Virus record (IMG/VR): IMGVR_UViG_3300037010_002464
Length of the DNA: 64,000 nt
Strand: one strand, 5' to 3'
Source: a virus
In this document: one piece after another, positions 8,886 through 17,814 of the stretch
Layout of the letters: each line of letters begins with the position of its first letter
Numbering within the stretch: the first letter of the stretch is position 1
Translations under genes and position numbers: made by a program
Notes under the pieces: generated by a model
Seen by the model: the letters and a program-made list of their open reading frames with translations, nothing else
Databases searched by the model: none
What the model was told of the DNA's origin: nothing

Positions 8886-9485
8886 GTGAGCGGCTTAGCA
8901 ACTTTTATCATCACCGAAGGCTTGAAGGCGCGCAGTGTGCTTGCCCTTCATCGCTTCGATAACGTCAAGCATCACGTGACCAAGGACTTGCAGCGGGAGC
9001 TGCTAAGGGCCTGGAAGCAAGCCACCCGGTCGCTCAAGCTCTCTGTAGACAAGGCGCAAGCTGAGGATGCTGTCTTCAAGAACCCTAAAGCGTTGACTGA
9101 CATTGCTGTCAGCGATGTTTCTACCAAGCTCTATACTACGGCTGAAACAGGCCGAGTCAAGCAGGTAAGCCCAACAGTTAAGCTACCGCTGTTGCTGAGC
9201 GACGCTGACCGTGCAGTGGCGCGCGAAAAGCTGTTTGACGCTGCAGCTGACACGTTCAAGACCGTCATCGACACGTGGTCCGAGGTGTTCATCCATGAGA
9301 AGTCGGGCCAGGCTCGAACCGACTTCTGCGTCAAGCGTGACGCACGCTCTGTGAGGCTTTGCCTCACCGCCCTTGAGAAGGGCGTAGAGCACGAGACATT
9401 GCTCTACCATATTACAATCGAGCACGGAAAGATCGGATCAAAGGTGCGAGACCATGATACAATCTTCCTCTCGGTTGACAGGTAA
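8886..9485 (+). CDS. Hypothetical late protein, possible head protein with ...ITE propeptide
   Basis: GTG 5 nt after TAAATA; MSGLATFIITE N-terminus. Confidence 0.65.
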   Translation: MSGLATFIITEGLKARSVLALHRFDNVKHHVTKDLQRELLRAWKQATRSLKLSVDKAQAEDAVFKNPKALTDIAVSDVSTKLYTTAETGRVKQVSPTVKLPLLLSDADRAVAREKLFDAAADTFKTVIDTWSEVFIHEKSGQARTDFCVKRDARSVRLCLTALEKGVEHETLLYHITIEHGKIGSKVRDHDTIFLSVDR

Positions 9486-9506
9486 CCCATCAATCAACGA
9501 GCTTAA

Positions 9507-10163
9507 ATGAAAATCTCCCAACGTCGAATGAAGAAAGCAGCGGCCGAGGAGCTCGCTACTTCGGACCTGGCTTCGATGGCATGCGTGTCGCCGATTGACA
9601 TGTTCTCGCTGGCATCTTACGCCACATACATGTACTTCGATGACGTGACTCAAGATTCATCGCGAGACCTGGTCGAGTTCTTGATCAAGTCCAACTTCGT
9701 CTTTAGCACGGACACGACCTTGTCTCTGCTGATCAACTCATACGGCGGCGACGTGCATGCGGGCTTTGCGGCTATCGATGCCATGGAAGTAAGCCGTTTG
9801 GAGATTCAGACCGTCGGCATCGGTGCAATCTGCTCGATGGCCGCCTTGATGTTTGTCTCAGGCACGCCAGGTAAGCGGATCATGTCACGGAACGCGTTCA
9901 TCATGACGCACCACTTCAGTGAAGGCGTCGAGGGCACGTACCATGACTTCATCGCGATGCGCAAGACTCAAGACATCATGCACAAGCGGTTCGTTGACCA
10001 CTTCGTCAAGCGGACCAAGATGACAGAGCAGCAAGTTAAGGACATTCTACTGTCGCCCACAGACCGCTGGATCACCGCACAAGAGGCGTTGGAGCTAGGG
10101 TTATGTGATATCATTCGGGATCCCTGGGAAACGCCACCAGATGCCCCTTCCGTCCTCGCATGA
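9507..10163 (+). CDS. clpP: ClpP-like serine protease
   Basis: INSYGG, G-ICSMAA (Ser), MTHH (His), TDRWITAQEA-ELGLCD (Asp). Confidence 0.92.
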   Translation: MKISQRRMKKAAAEELATSDLASMACVSPIDMFSLASYATYMYFDDVTQDSSRDLVEFLIKSNFVFSTDTTLSLLINSYGGDVHAGFAAIDAMEVSRLEIQTVGIGAICSMAALMFVSGTPGKRIMSRNAFIMTHHFSEGVEGTYHDFIAMRKTQDIMHKRFVDHFVKRTKMTEQQVKDILLSPTDRWITAQEALELGLCDIIRDPWETPPDAPSVLA

Positions 10164-10827
10164 TGCGCCGCCTGTTGAGCTAATAGCGGCCGTCGATAAC
10201 CTCTCAGACCCAGCAGCAGTTGCTGCTTGGGTTGAGAAGCAGCTTGCCTTCGATGCTAAGAGCGGCAGTCCCTTTTTCCTCACCTACACCAATCACACAG
10301 TTGGTGATGATGGACGTGTCTCATTAGCGGGTAATGTCAACGCTCAGGCATTGCCTCAACGCCTGAAGCCCTACAACCGTCTCCCTGTCAACTTCAAGAT
10401 TGTCAGCGGCGCTGTCTGGACCAACCCTGACATCATCTCCTTTGAGGGATTTCCTGAAGTCGTCGACTTCATTAACGTCTCATCATCAGCTATCCCTAGC
10501 TGGAACGGCTGTCCTCGTCGAGTTTCTGCGTTGGTGCTCAATGAGCAGCTTGCCCAGCGTGTTGACCCCAAGCACGCTGCGGGCAGCGCGGCAGAAACTA
10601 TCAACTTGGGCTACCTTGAAAAGCCCACATGCTTGCCTAGACTGGCGTTCTTCCCTCAGCTCCAAAGTCTCGCATTCACCTGCGCGCCTGAGATCCTTGA
10701 TGAGAAGCAGGTTGAGGAGCTAAAGGACTTCTTCATCCCCCGCCTGAAGGTTGCGTTACGCAATCGAGCAGGTGTTCTTCGCTTAGAGCAGGAGCTAATC
10801 GATGCAGGCTATGAAGAGTGGGTTTAA
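10141..10827 (+). CDS. Degenerate leucine-rich-repeat-like phage protein
   Basis: LPVNFKIVSG, SFEGFPEVV, SWNGCPRRV repeats; C-terminal LRLEQELIDAGYEEW. Confidence 0.55.
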   Translation: MPLPSSHDAPPVELIAAVDNLSDPAAVAAWVEKQLAFDAKSGSPFFLTYTNHTVGDDGRVSLAGNVNAQALPQRLKPYNRLPVNFKIVSGAVWTNPDIISFEGFPEVVDFINVSSSAIPSWNGCPRRVSALVLNEQLAQRVDPKHAAGSAAETINLGYLEKPTCLPRLAFFPQLQSLAFTCAPEILDEKQVEELKDFFIPRLKVALRNRAGVLRLEQELIDAGYEEWV

Positions 10828-11149
10828 GAGCGAGTGCCGTCAACTCTTCTTGAAGTTTCAGCAGATCGGGATTGATGATGAAATGAAGCTCGCATCGGCT
10901 ATACCGGCTGTTGCTTGCTTCCAAGCCAAGTTTGAGGACTCAAACCCAATGGTTGTTCAGACCTTGATCCTCACCATCTATGATCGCGTTGATGACTGCA
11001 TCGTAGTCGTATGCTATGGCCCTCGTAAAGGCGATGAGCAGTACGGCTCAATGAAGTATCGACGCAGCTCTGCCATGGCAGAGGGTGCCATCGTAAAACT
11101 GCTTGAATGGAAGCAGGATCAATTCTCTTTCCAGATTGAAATCAATTAG
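10811..11149 (+). CDS. LKxQQ-family small protein
   Basis: MKSGFKSECRQLFLKFQQIGIDD N-terminus. Confidence 0.55.
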   Translation: MKSGFKSECRQLFLKFQQIGIDDEMKLASAIPAVACFQAKFEDSNPMVVQTLILTIYDRVDDCIVVVCYGPRKGDEQYGSMKYRRSSAMAEGAIVKLLEWKQDQFSFQIEIN

Positions 11150-11181
11150 GGTGGTAAATAGCTTCAGAAGGTAACCACCTA

Positions 11182-11568
11182 ATGAAGCTCAACAACCTGT
11201 ACCAAGGCAAGCGTTTGATCGCTGAAGGTCGTGTAGACCCGAACGTGCTCATGTCACTGCAAAACATCATCAAGGGCGGCCAGGCTCGTGAGACCATGCA
11301 GTTCATCGTGCTGGCTCGCTTGATCGAGTTCTTCAAGAACGGCTACTTGTATAAGACCAACAACTTCTACGACCCGTTCCTCTCAACTTCCGGCGAGCTG
11401 CTCGCGCAACTGCGCGGCATGAAGCCTGAAGAGCAGGTTGAGCTGGCGAAGAAGATGCTAGAGCTTGCGGAAATCAAGGACCAAGACCTCCTGTACAGCT
11501 ACGTCAACCCGACTCAAGAAACCCTGCTGTGGATTCAGTGGGCAACAAAGCGCGAAGCTAACGACTAA
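11182..11568 (+). CDS. Hypothetical late protein
   Basis: TAAATA at 11155; MKLNNL...IAE start; genome-typical codon usage. Confidence 0.7.
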   Translation: MKLNNLYQGKRLIAEGRVDPNVLMSLQNIIKGGQARETMQFIVLARLIEFFKNGYLYKTNNFYDPFLSTSGELLAQLRGMKPEEQVELAKKMLELAEIKDQDLLYSYVNPTQETLLWIQWATKREAND

Positions 11569-11592
11569 TTCTCTTTTGCTGTCATTTCCCTC

Positions 11593-11632
11593 AACGGCTC
11601 CTAAGGCTTAACCCGCCTTCGGAGCCGTTTTT
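11593..11632 (+). terminator. Intrinsic terminator
   Basis: AACGGCTCC...GGAGCCGTT stem followed by a T-run. Confidence 0.75.
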
Positions 11633-11688
11633 ACTTCCATCCCAGACGGCATCCGCCGCTTAACCTCAAAACCCTTGGAACAACAACA

Positions 11689-12444
11689 ATGAGCCGTAAA
11701 CGCTATAACGATGAGTCTACCGTCAAGAAGCCTGGCACCTATGTCAACAAGCTGACCCTGAAGAATTCGGCCCAGCAGCATTATGCTGATATGCTGCAGG
11801 AGTCAACGGTGACATTTTGCTTCGGCAAAGCTGGCACGGGTAAGACCTACATCGCTGCGTACTATGCCCTGAAAGCACTGCTTGAAGGTGACGTTCGTCG
11901 TATCATCCTGACCCGTCCGATCGTTGCTACGGAGGATATCGGCTACCTCCCCGGCGACATGCTTGAGAAGATCCACCCGTACATCCTCCCGCTGCTCGAC
12001 GCGATCGAGGACCATGTGGGCCCGACCAAGGCAAAGGAGCTCCTCAACAACGGTCAAGTTGAGATCATTCCGCTGGCGTACATGCGCGGTCGGTCAATCA
12101 ACGAGTCCTTTGTGCTGCTTGACGAAGCGCAGAACTGCACTCAAGAGCAAATGATGATGTTCTTGACGCGCTTGGGCTATGACTCGAAGATGGTGATCAC
12201 TGGTGATACGGCTCAATCTGACCTGAAGGTGCCGAATGGTCTTAAATGGGCAGCAGATCGATTGGTTGGTCGCAACGAGCACATCAGCGTCGTTGACTTC
12301 GGCGGCGCTGCTACCGTACGAAATCCGCTAATCGAAGATATGCTCAACTACTTAGAGCTGGATCCAGCAGCTCCGACGCGAAGGGTCACTGAAGGCCCAG
12401 GCCGTTTGATCAAGGGTCCTGGAAGCTTGCTATCTTCTAGCTAA
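11689..12444 (+). CDS. phoH: PhoH-family ATPase
   Basis: GKAGTGKT, LTRP, GYLPG, AYMRGRS, LLDEAQN, LTRLG, ITGD-AQSD. Confidence 0.95.
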   Translation: MSRKRYNDESTVKKPGTYVNKLTLKNSAQQHYADMLQESTVTFCFGKAGTGKTYIAAYYALKALLEGDVRRIILTRPIVATEDIGYLPGDMLEKIHPYILPLLDAIEDHVGPTKAKELLNNGQVEIIPLAYMRGRSINESFVLLDEAQNCTQEQMMMFLTRLGYDSKMVITGDTAQSDLKVPNGLKWAADRLVGRNEHISVVDFGGAATVRNPLIEDMLNYLELDPAAPTRRVTEGPGRLIKGPGSLLSSS

Positions 12445-13022
12445 TGTACTACGTCTACCACATTGTTGATCCTCGAGACAATAGCCTTACAAGAGGCTAT
12501 ATTGGCGTGACTAAGCAAGAGCTCGTCGAGCGTTTCAAGGATCATCAACGTGGTAACCGAATCATCGGCAAAGCTATTCGGGCCCTAGGCTTGACTTCCG
12601 AGAGCATACATCTACTGTTTAGCTATTCTACAGCTGCAGAAGCCTATGCCAAAGAGGAAGAGCTCAGGCCTGACAACTTCATGGGATGGAACCAGTGTAA
12701 AGGTGGCCGCGGCGGCGGTGCCGGTCCAATATCCGAAGAAGCACGTGAAAGCCGGCGCCGCAATGCTTTGCGAGGATCAGACAACCCACGGTTCGGTATC
12801 TCCTGACGTTGTAGTTCATATAAAGCATGTCTTGATGACAAAGCATACACCGTTGAGCGATCGCGTCGAGCAGCCGCTGGAGGTGCAGGCGGCAAAGGCC
12901 TTCCAAAAGATTCTCCAAAGTACGCGCAAGCGGCTTTAAACCGACCTAAGTACGTCTGTTCAAAGTGTAATAAAGTTGGTCAGTACAACTCGATGATTGC
13001 TTGGCATGGTGACAATTTGTAG
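12444..13022 (+). pseudogene. GIY-YIG homing endonuclease, frameshifted
   Basis: YYVY...GYIGVT, R F H, E, WN..GG; the C-terminal CSKC...WHGDN motif lies in another frame near 12955-13020; AT-richer than flanks. Confidence 0.75.
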
Positions 13023-13105
13023 GTCGGCGGCAAAATAGTGTATAATGATTTTGTGCTCGTTGATACGATGAGCTCATCACTCTGAGATATTGACCCTAGG
13101 CTTTC

Positions 13106-13375
13106 ATGCAGTCCTCCCAACCTACGTTCAACCAAGATGAGGCTCTCCGGTCACTGCGCGAGAAGTTTGCGCGCTTAATCGGAAGGCTTGGAGCGAACAA
13201 CAGCCACGGCACCCGCCGGCATGAATTCGAAGTTGAGTTCTGCTATGCGGTGCGTGAGCTCGAAGGCTGCCCGCCGTATCTTTCGGGCAAGCTCTTCGAT
13301 CGTGTCGCCAATGTTTGCAATGCGCTCGCGCAGACCATTCGGGCTGACGACGACCAGGCGCCCCGCGCTCGGTAA
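13106..13375 (+). CDS. Hypothetical protein
   Basis: ORF downstream of TATAAT (about 13041) and followed by a GC hairpin. Confidence 0.6.
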   Translation: MQSSQPTFNQDEALRSLREKFARLIGRLGANNSHGTRRHEFEVEFCYAVRELEGCPPYLSGKLFDRVANVCNALAQTIRADDDQAPRAR

Positions 13376-13382
13376 CCTCTAC

Positions 13383-13413
13383 GGGGCGGCTTCGGTCGCC
13401 CCCTCCTAATTTT
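13383..13413 (+). terminator. Hairpin/possible terminator
   Basis: GGGGCGGC-TTCG-GTCGCCCC with a weak T-run. Confidence 0.5.
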
Positions 13414-14004
13414 ATGGCATCACATCCTATCCCCAAGTTCGGGCTCGCGATTGACTTCGAGACCACCGGGTACTCCCTCCCGCACTATGCCGAACGGCAT
13501 CAAGGCGTCTCCTTCGGCGCGCTGATCTTCGACATCGAGCGGCTGACTGTTGTTGACACGCTGTACTGCGAGATCAAGTATGACCCGAAGTACGCGTGGG
13601 AGGACACCGCTGAGAAAATCCACGGCCTGACTCGTGACTACCTCAGCAAGCACGGCGTCACGCAAGCCGAAGCCGCAGAGCAGCTAGCTCTGATGGTCCA
13701 CAAGTACATGGGCACCGAGAATGTCGTTGTTCTCGGCCACCGCCCGCACTTTGACATCGCTTTCCTTGACCAGCTGTTTGACTCGATCGGCTTTGCTTTC
13801 AAGTATGACCCCATCAAGCTCGACACGGCCGCCTTTGGCTTGGTCATGTTGGGGATGACCAAGTCCGATGATCTGTTTGACGCGGTAGGCCTGCCGCCGC
13901 GCGGGAAACATGATGCCTTAGAGGATATCATTTACACGTTGGAATCTCTAAGGCAAATCCGAGATTATTTCTTGACAGGACTTGCTGTATCAGCATCGTC
14001 CTAA
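13414..14004 (+). CDS. DEDDh 3'-5' exonuclease (DnaQ/RNase T-like)
   Basis: IDFETTG, A-KIHGL, H--FDI-FL, LDT, HDALED. Confidence 0.88.
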   Translation: MASHPIPKFGLAIDFETTGYSLPHYAERHQGVSFGALIFDIERLTVVDTLYCEIKYDPKYAWEDTAEKIHGLTRDYLSKHGVTQAEAAEQLALMVHKYMGTENVVVLGHRPHFDIAFLDQLFDSIGFAFKYDPIKLDTAAFGLVMLGMTKSDDLFDAVGLPPRGKHDALEDIIYTLESLRQIRDYFLTGLAVSASS

Positions 14005-14670
14005 ACTGAAGCCATTAGCAAGATACAGCTCTAGCTCATCTTGTTTGACGCGCTTAGTTTTCTCTTCATTGTGCACCCATACGCGCCCTTTTGAGCTAAC
14101 ACTCATGAGGGCGCGAGCATTTGGAGCCACAACTTTTCCTTTTTGAGCAGCGCTTATCTTAGCGCGCTCTTCTTCTGACTTAATTCTACCGGTAGCTGCC
14201 CTAGCAACTGCGTCCTTGACATGTTGAGGACATGGAATTCCTCTGTGAGCTTCACCAAGCTTTTGAGAATGTTCCGCAGCACGCGAAGGCTGCTTACGAC
14301 CTTTATGAAATTGACTGATACGAGCCTTATGCTCGTCTGATAACGTCTTACCTTTGTGAACAAGGCTTAGCATCACAGCCACCCGTCGGCGATCGGCTTC
14401 GTATAATTTGTATTGCTCCTTGCCAGTCACTTTATACTTTCGTTGAATGCGAGCTACTGCTTGAGCTAATCCATGATGCATTGGATAAATGCGGCACAAC
14501 AGTCGATGTGCGAACAAATGCTCTCTGTAAGGAAGCTTGACCAAGTTTACTTTCGCATCACTACCACCCATGCATCTTGGTACAATGTGATGACGCTCAC
14601 CTTCAACGTCTGAAGATTTACGCTGTTGTCCTCGCTTGATCAAATTTTGATAGATGATGCTGTAGTTCAT
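13990..14670 (-). CDS. Free-standing HNH homing endonuclease with NUMOD3 repeats
   Basis: ERHHIVPRCMGG, NLVKL-REH--AHRLL; repeated SEEHK-KIS..HKG; AT-rich. Confidence 0.9.
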   Translation of the reverse strand: MNYSIIYQNLIKRGQQRKSSDVEGERHHIVPRCMGGSDAKVNLVKLPYREHLFAHRLLCRIYPMHHGLAQAVARIQRKYKVTGKEQYKLYEADRRRVAVMLSLVHKGKTLSDEHKARISQFHKGRKQPSRAAEHSQKLGEAHRGIPCPQHVKDAVARAATGRIKSEEERAKISAAQKGKVVAPNARALMSVSSKGRVWVHNEEKTKRVKQDELELYLANGFSLGRC

Positions 14671-14726
14671 AAGTATGCGTTAGAAGTTATTATGTATATA
14701 GCAGTTAGCGCTATGATAAATATGTC

Positions 14727-15920
14727 ATGGCCCTCAACAACCGCATCTATAAGTACACGTGTGACACGTGCGATCGCAGCATTGAACGGCTGGCGGACCC
14801 AACTCGGCCAGACCCCTTACGCTGTGTCATCACCGACCAGTGCGCTGGCAAGCTATCCTTGGCAGGCACTAGGTTCGGCCTCAGGCCTGTCAACACCCCA
14901 ACCGTCATCGGCCTCCTCGATCGGGTTAAGCGCGGCACCGCCCGGGTGGCCGCGGCCGCGGAGAAGCCCCTTGACAAAGTAAGCCTCGCATCCTTTAGCG
15001 GTGGAGGCTTAACTCTCTCGCTTGTCAGGTCAAAGCTTAGCGGCTCCCAGCGCCTCTTCTACATCAACGACTCGGTAGGCTTCGAGCGCGTGCTCGCTCG
15101 CTGTGCTAGCGATGCCGTACAACCTGCGGCGCTCGAAGTAAAGGCCGTGCTTTTCGAGCTGACGCCGGCGGCTCTTGAGTACAAGCGCTACACCTACAGC
15201 CGAACTGACAGCTGCGTGTATGTGCAGGGCAAGGATGACTCCGCCAACCGAAACCTCCTGACTTTTGACAGCACCAGCAACGTGCGCGTACTTGTCAACG
15301 GCGCGCTGCTTGACTCGACGCTGTACTCGGCTGCGGCAGGCACGATTACCTTCTCTCCTCAGCTTGAAGGCCCTTCTCTTCTCATCGAAGTCTTTGTCTA
15401 CAAGTCGCTGACCCAGTTCTTCAATGAGGACCAAGCTCTCAAGCTTGCATTCAGTATCCTGCCTCAGCTTGATGCTACACGGTCCACAGGTGCTTGGGGC
15501 AACACGTTACGCGTCGGCGCCCATACTCCGCTCTATTGCATCGACCTAGGCGCTCTTGATCGAACCCGGACCTACGGCTTGGTACGCTTCGAAGCGGCTG
15601 ATGAGAACGGCACCACTTACGTCATCTCAAGCACCGGTAGCTTCCTGCTTGCCCGCGCACCCTATGCGTTTGAAGACAAGCGCCTGACAGCCACCGTGCC
15701 CACAACAACGTTGACGGCTGAAGGGTTCTCTGTGAGCTTTGCTGTTAATGGAGAGACCGGCAGTATGGAGCTAGTCATTGACGGAGCGACGCTTCAGCCT
15801 CAAGCTCGACCGTTAGCGTTGACAGCGATGCCAGCGGTCGCTGTTAGCACTCAGGCTGCAGACATTGTCAACCTGCTAGTAGAGCGGAACGAAAAAGCCT
15901 TCATCATCGGACCCGCATAA
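14727..15920 (+). CDS. Hypothetical late/virion protein with N-terminal Cys cluster
   Basis: ATG 4 nt after TAAATA; CDTC...C-ITDQC; beta-rich body. Confidence 0.65.
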   Translation: MALNNRIYKYTCDTCDRSIERLADPTRPDPLRCVITDQCAGKLSLAGTRFGLRPVNTPTVIGLLDRVKRGTARVAAAAEKPLDKVSLASFSGGGLTLSLVRSKLSGSQRLFYINDSVGFERVLARCASDAVQPAALEVKAVLFELTPAALEYKRYTYSRTDSCVYVQGKDDSANRNLLTFDSTSNVRVLVNGALLDSTLYSAAAGTITFSPQLEGPSLLIEVFVYKSLTQFFNEDQALKLAFSILPQLDATRSTGAWGNTLRVGAHTPLYCIDLGALDRTRTYGLVRFEAADENGTTYVISSTGSFLLARAPYAFEDKRLTATVPTTTLTAEGFSVSFAVNGETGSMELVIDGATLQPQARPLALTAMPAVAVSTQAADIVNLLVERNEKAFIIGPA

Positions 15921-15950
15921 ATAGTCTCGAGCAGCTTGCAGGAGGCCACA

Positions 15951-16451
15951 GTGCGTAACTACTACTACAGCTTCGAGATCAACCTCGAAAATCCTCATAT
16001 CCGCGAGCACCTTAAAGGTACAATCGTAGACATCGCAGGTGATGACATCACCGAGCTGAATGTCAACAGCCGTCTCTTCAATGATTCGGCTGCCTGCCTC
16101 GAGGCGCTCCACACCGACCTTAACCGCAAGGTTGAGCTGCTGAAGATCAGCAAGTCGAAAAACGCGGTCACGTCTATCAACGAGACCAACCCGATGCACT
16201 CGAATTCCGCCGAGGACCTTGAAAAGTTCAAGAAGGAGAACCCAGAGTTCACCGACTACCTCGACACTTGGGGCGATGACGAGGTCGTGCGAATGACATA
16301 CACGACCGAAGAGTTTGATGAAGAGGCGCCGCCGATCATCAATGATGAGCACGCGATGATCTTTCGCTACATCATCCATGAGTTCGAGGACTACATCGAG
16401 GTACCTGAAGGCAAGATGTACATCGACATCAACTCCTCCGTGGTGCACTAA
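15951..16451 (+). CDS. Hypothetical acidic protein
   Basis: GGAGG RBS before GTG; TAAATA at 15918. Confidence 0.7.
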   Translation: MRNYYYSFEINLENPHIREHLKGTIVDIAGDDITELNVNSRLFNDSAACLEALHTDLNRKVELLKISKSKNAVTSINETNPMHSNSAEDLEKFKKENPEFTDYLDTWGDDEVVRMTYTTEEFDEEAPPIINDEHAMIFRYIIHEFEDYIEVPEGKMYIDINSSVVH

Positions 16452-16543
16452 GGCAAATTGCATTTGAATAAATGCGGTTTAGGTGCATTTTGAATAGAAT
16501 CCATCTTGCCGTATCGTTACGGCTTCATCGAGACCATTCATAA

Positions 16544-16849
16544 ATGACAAAAGACCTGACAGGCAAGAAGCCCGAATTCTCCTTGGCCAGCGTGATGGCC
16601 AACGAAGTGACCAAGAAGCAGCTGCTCGGCTTCATCGACGAGATCGTCCTCTGTGAGGGCAAGATCAAGTCCGAGCGCGAAGCGATCAAGGACATCAAGG
16701 GCGAAGCCGAATCCGCTCTCGCCATCCCATCGCAAGTGCTGGGCGAACTGGTGCGCGAGCGCCTGGATAACGGCAGCATCGACGCTAAGATCAAGAAGCT
16801 GGAAGAGGCCAAGGATCTGGCCGTCGGCCTTGGCATCACCTCGGAATAA
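16544..16849 (+). CDS. DsbA(T4)/GapR-like dsDNA-binding protein
   Basis: L-GFIDEI...KIKSEREAIKDIK-EA pattern; about 100 aa. Confidence 0.65.
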   Translation: MTKDLTGKKPEFSLASVMANEVTKKQLLGFIDEIVLCEGKIKSEREAIKDIKGEAESALAIPSQVLGELVRERLDNGSIDAKIKKLEEAKDLAVGLGITSE

Positions 16850-16863
16850 GGGGAGCACACATC

Positions 16864-17382
16864 ATGAGCGCACTCCCACCTAGAGCATGGCCCTTCCCCA
16901 CCGGCAACAAGCCGCAGCCAGCATCCGCCGTCAACGGCGGCGCCAACTACGCTGCAGGCTCGACCCGCAAGGCCTGGTCACCCGCCGACCTGAAGGCTTT
17001 TGCCAAGCTGATCGTTGCAAACGAGACGCCGGCTGACATGGCCAAGAAGCTCGGTCGGACCGTCAAGGCCATCGTTGGCCAGCTCGGCGACCTGAAGACC
17101 GGCAAGACGGCGACTGCCCTGACGCTTGCCAGCTATGTAAAGCACGAGACCAAGGTTTCAGTCAAGCCCAAGCATCACGATGATCGCTGGGACAATGACG
17201 GTGACCGGACGCTGCTGCTGGCCTACGCTACCGGCGGCACGCCCGAGCAGATCGGCGCTGCATGCGGTCGGACAGCCTATTCGGTCGCCGGCCGCCTGCA
17301 TGCCCTGGGCGTCTTGAAGTTCGACAAGGACAACAAGACCTACATGACCGTGCCCCAAGCCTGGTTCAAGGTCGCGGACTGA
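16864..17382 (+). CDS. Tandem Myb/GcrA-like HTH protein
   Basis: Two W...D..L...A..(L/C)GRT..(A/S)(I/V) repeats. Confidence 0.6.
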   Translation: MSALPPRAWPFPTGNKPQPASAVNGGANYAAGSTRKAWSPADLKAFAKLIVANETPADMAKKLGRTVKAIVGQLGDLKTGKTATALTLASYVKHETKVSVKPKHHDDRWDNDGDRTLLLAYATGGTPEQIGAACGRTAYSVAGRLHALGVLKFDKDNKTYMTVPQAWFKVAD

Positions 17383-17385
17383 GCC

Positions 17386-17562
17386 ATGACGGCCGTCTTG
17401 TACTTGCTGTTTAGCGTTCTGGCTGGCTTTGGGCTGCTTGTTGGCCTAGAGCACATGAAGAACTCGAACGCGAAGGGTGAAGACGGCCGAGCAATGGGCG
17501 TCTTCTTCCTGATCGTCGGGTAGGTGATCTTTTGCGGTGTTATGGCCGTAAACGCCCACTAA
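17386..17562 (+). CDS. Small two-TM membrane protein, interrupted by an in-frame TAG at 17521
   Basis: MTAVLYLLFSVLAGFGLLVG...MGVFFLIVG*VIFCGVMAVNAH. Confidence 0.4.
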
Positions 17563-17580
17563 CTGCCCTCGCCCCTCAAG

Positions 17581-17604
17581 GCCGCTTTTATTAGCGGCTT
17601 TTTT
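17581..17604 (+). terminator. Intrinsic terminator
   Basis: GCCGCT-N6-AGCGGC-TTTTTT. Confidence 0.75.
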
Positions 17605-17619
17605 CATTCTGGATTTAGC

Positions 17620-17814
17620 ATGACCCAAGAGCTGAGAATCGTCGAAAGAAAAGAGGACTCTTTGTGGGTCCGTGTTAGAATGATTGAAATCAAGAAGGGT
17701 GACGTTTTCCGAATGTTTGAGGACGGCACCCCTATTGAGTGGAGCGGCAAGACAGAGTTTGAAGCCGCTTACGACGCCGATGAAACAGGCGTCATCACGA
17801 AAGGGAATACTTGA
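17620..17814 (+). CDS. Small hypothetical protein
   Basis: ORF whose stop overlaps the DNA polymerase start. Confidence 0.55.
   Translation: MTQELRIVERKEDSLWVRVRMIEIKKGDVFRMFEDGTPIEWSGKTEFEAAYDADETGVITKGNT

Noticed and set aside
17386-17562. Genome-wide TAG recoding or amber suppression (in-frame TAG at 17521, also 58624)
   Set aside because: Long genes are intact in the standard code and several end cleanly at TAG; isolated cases are better explained by decay.
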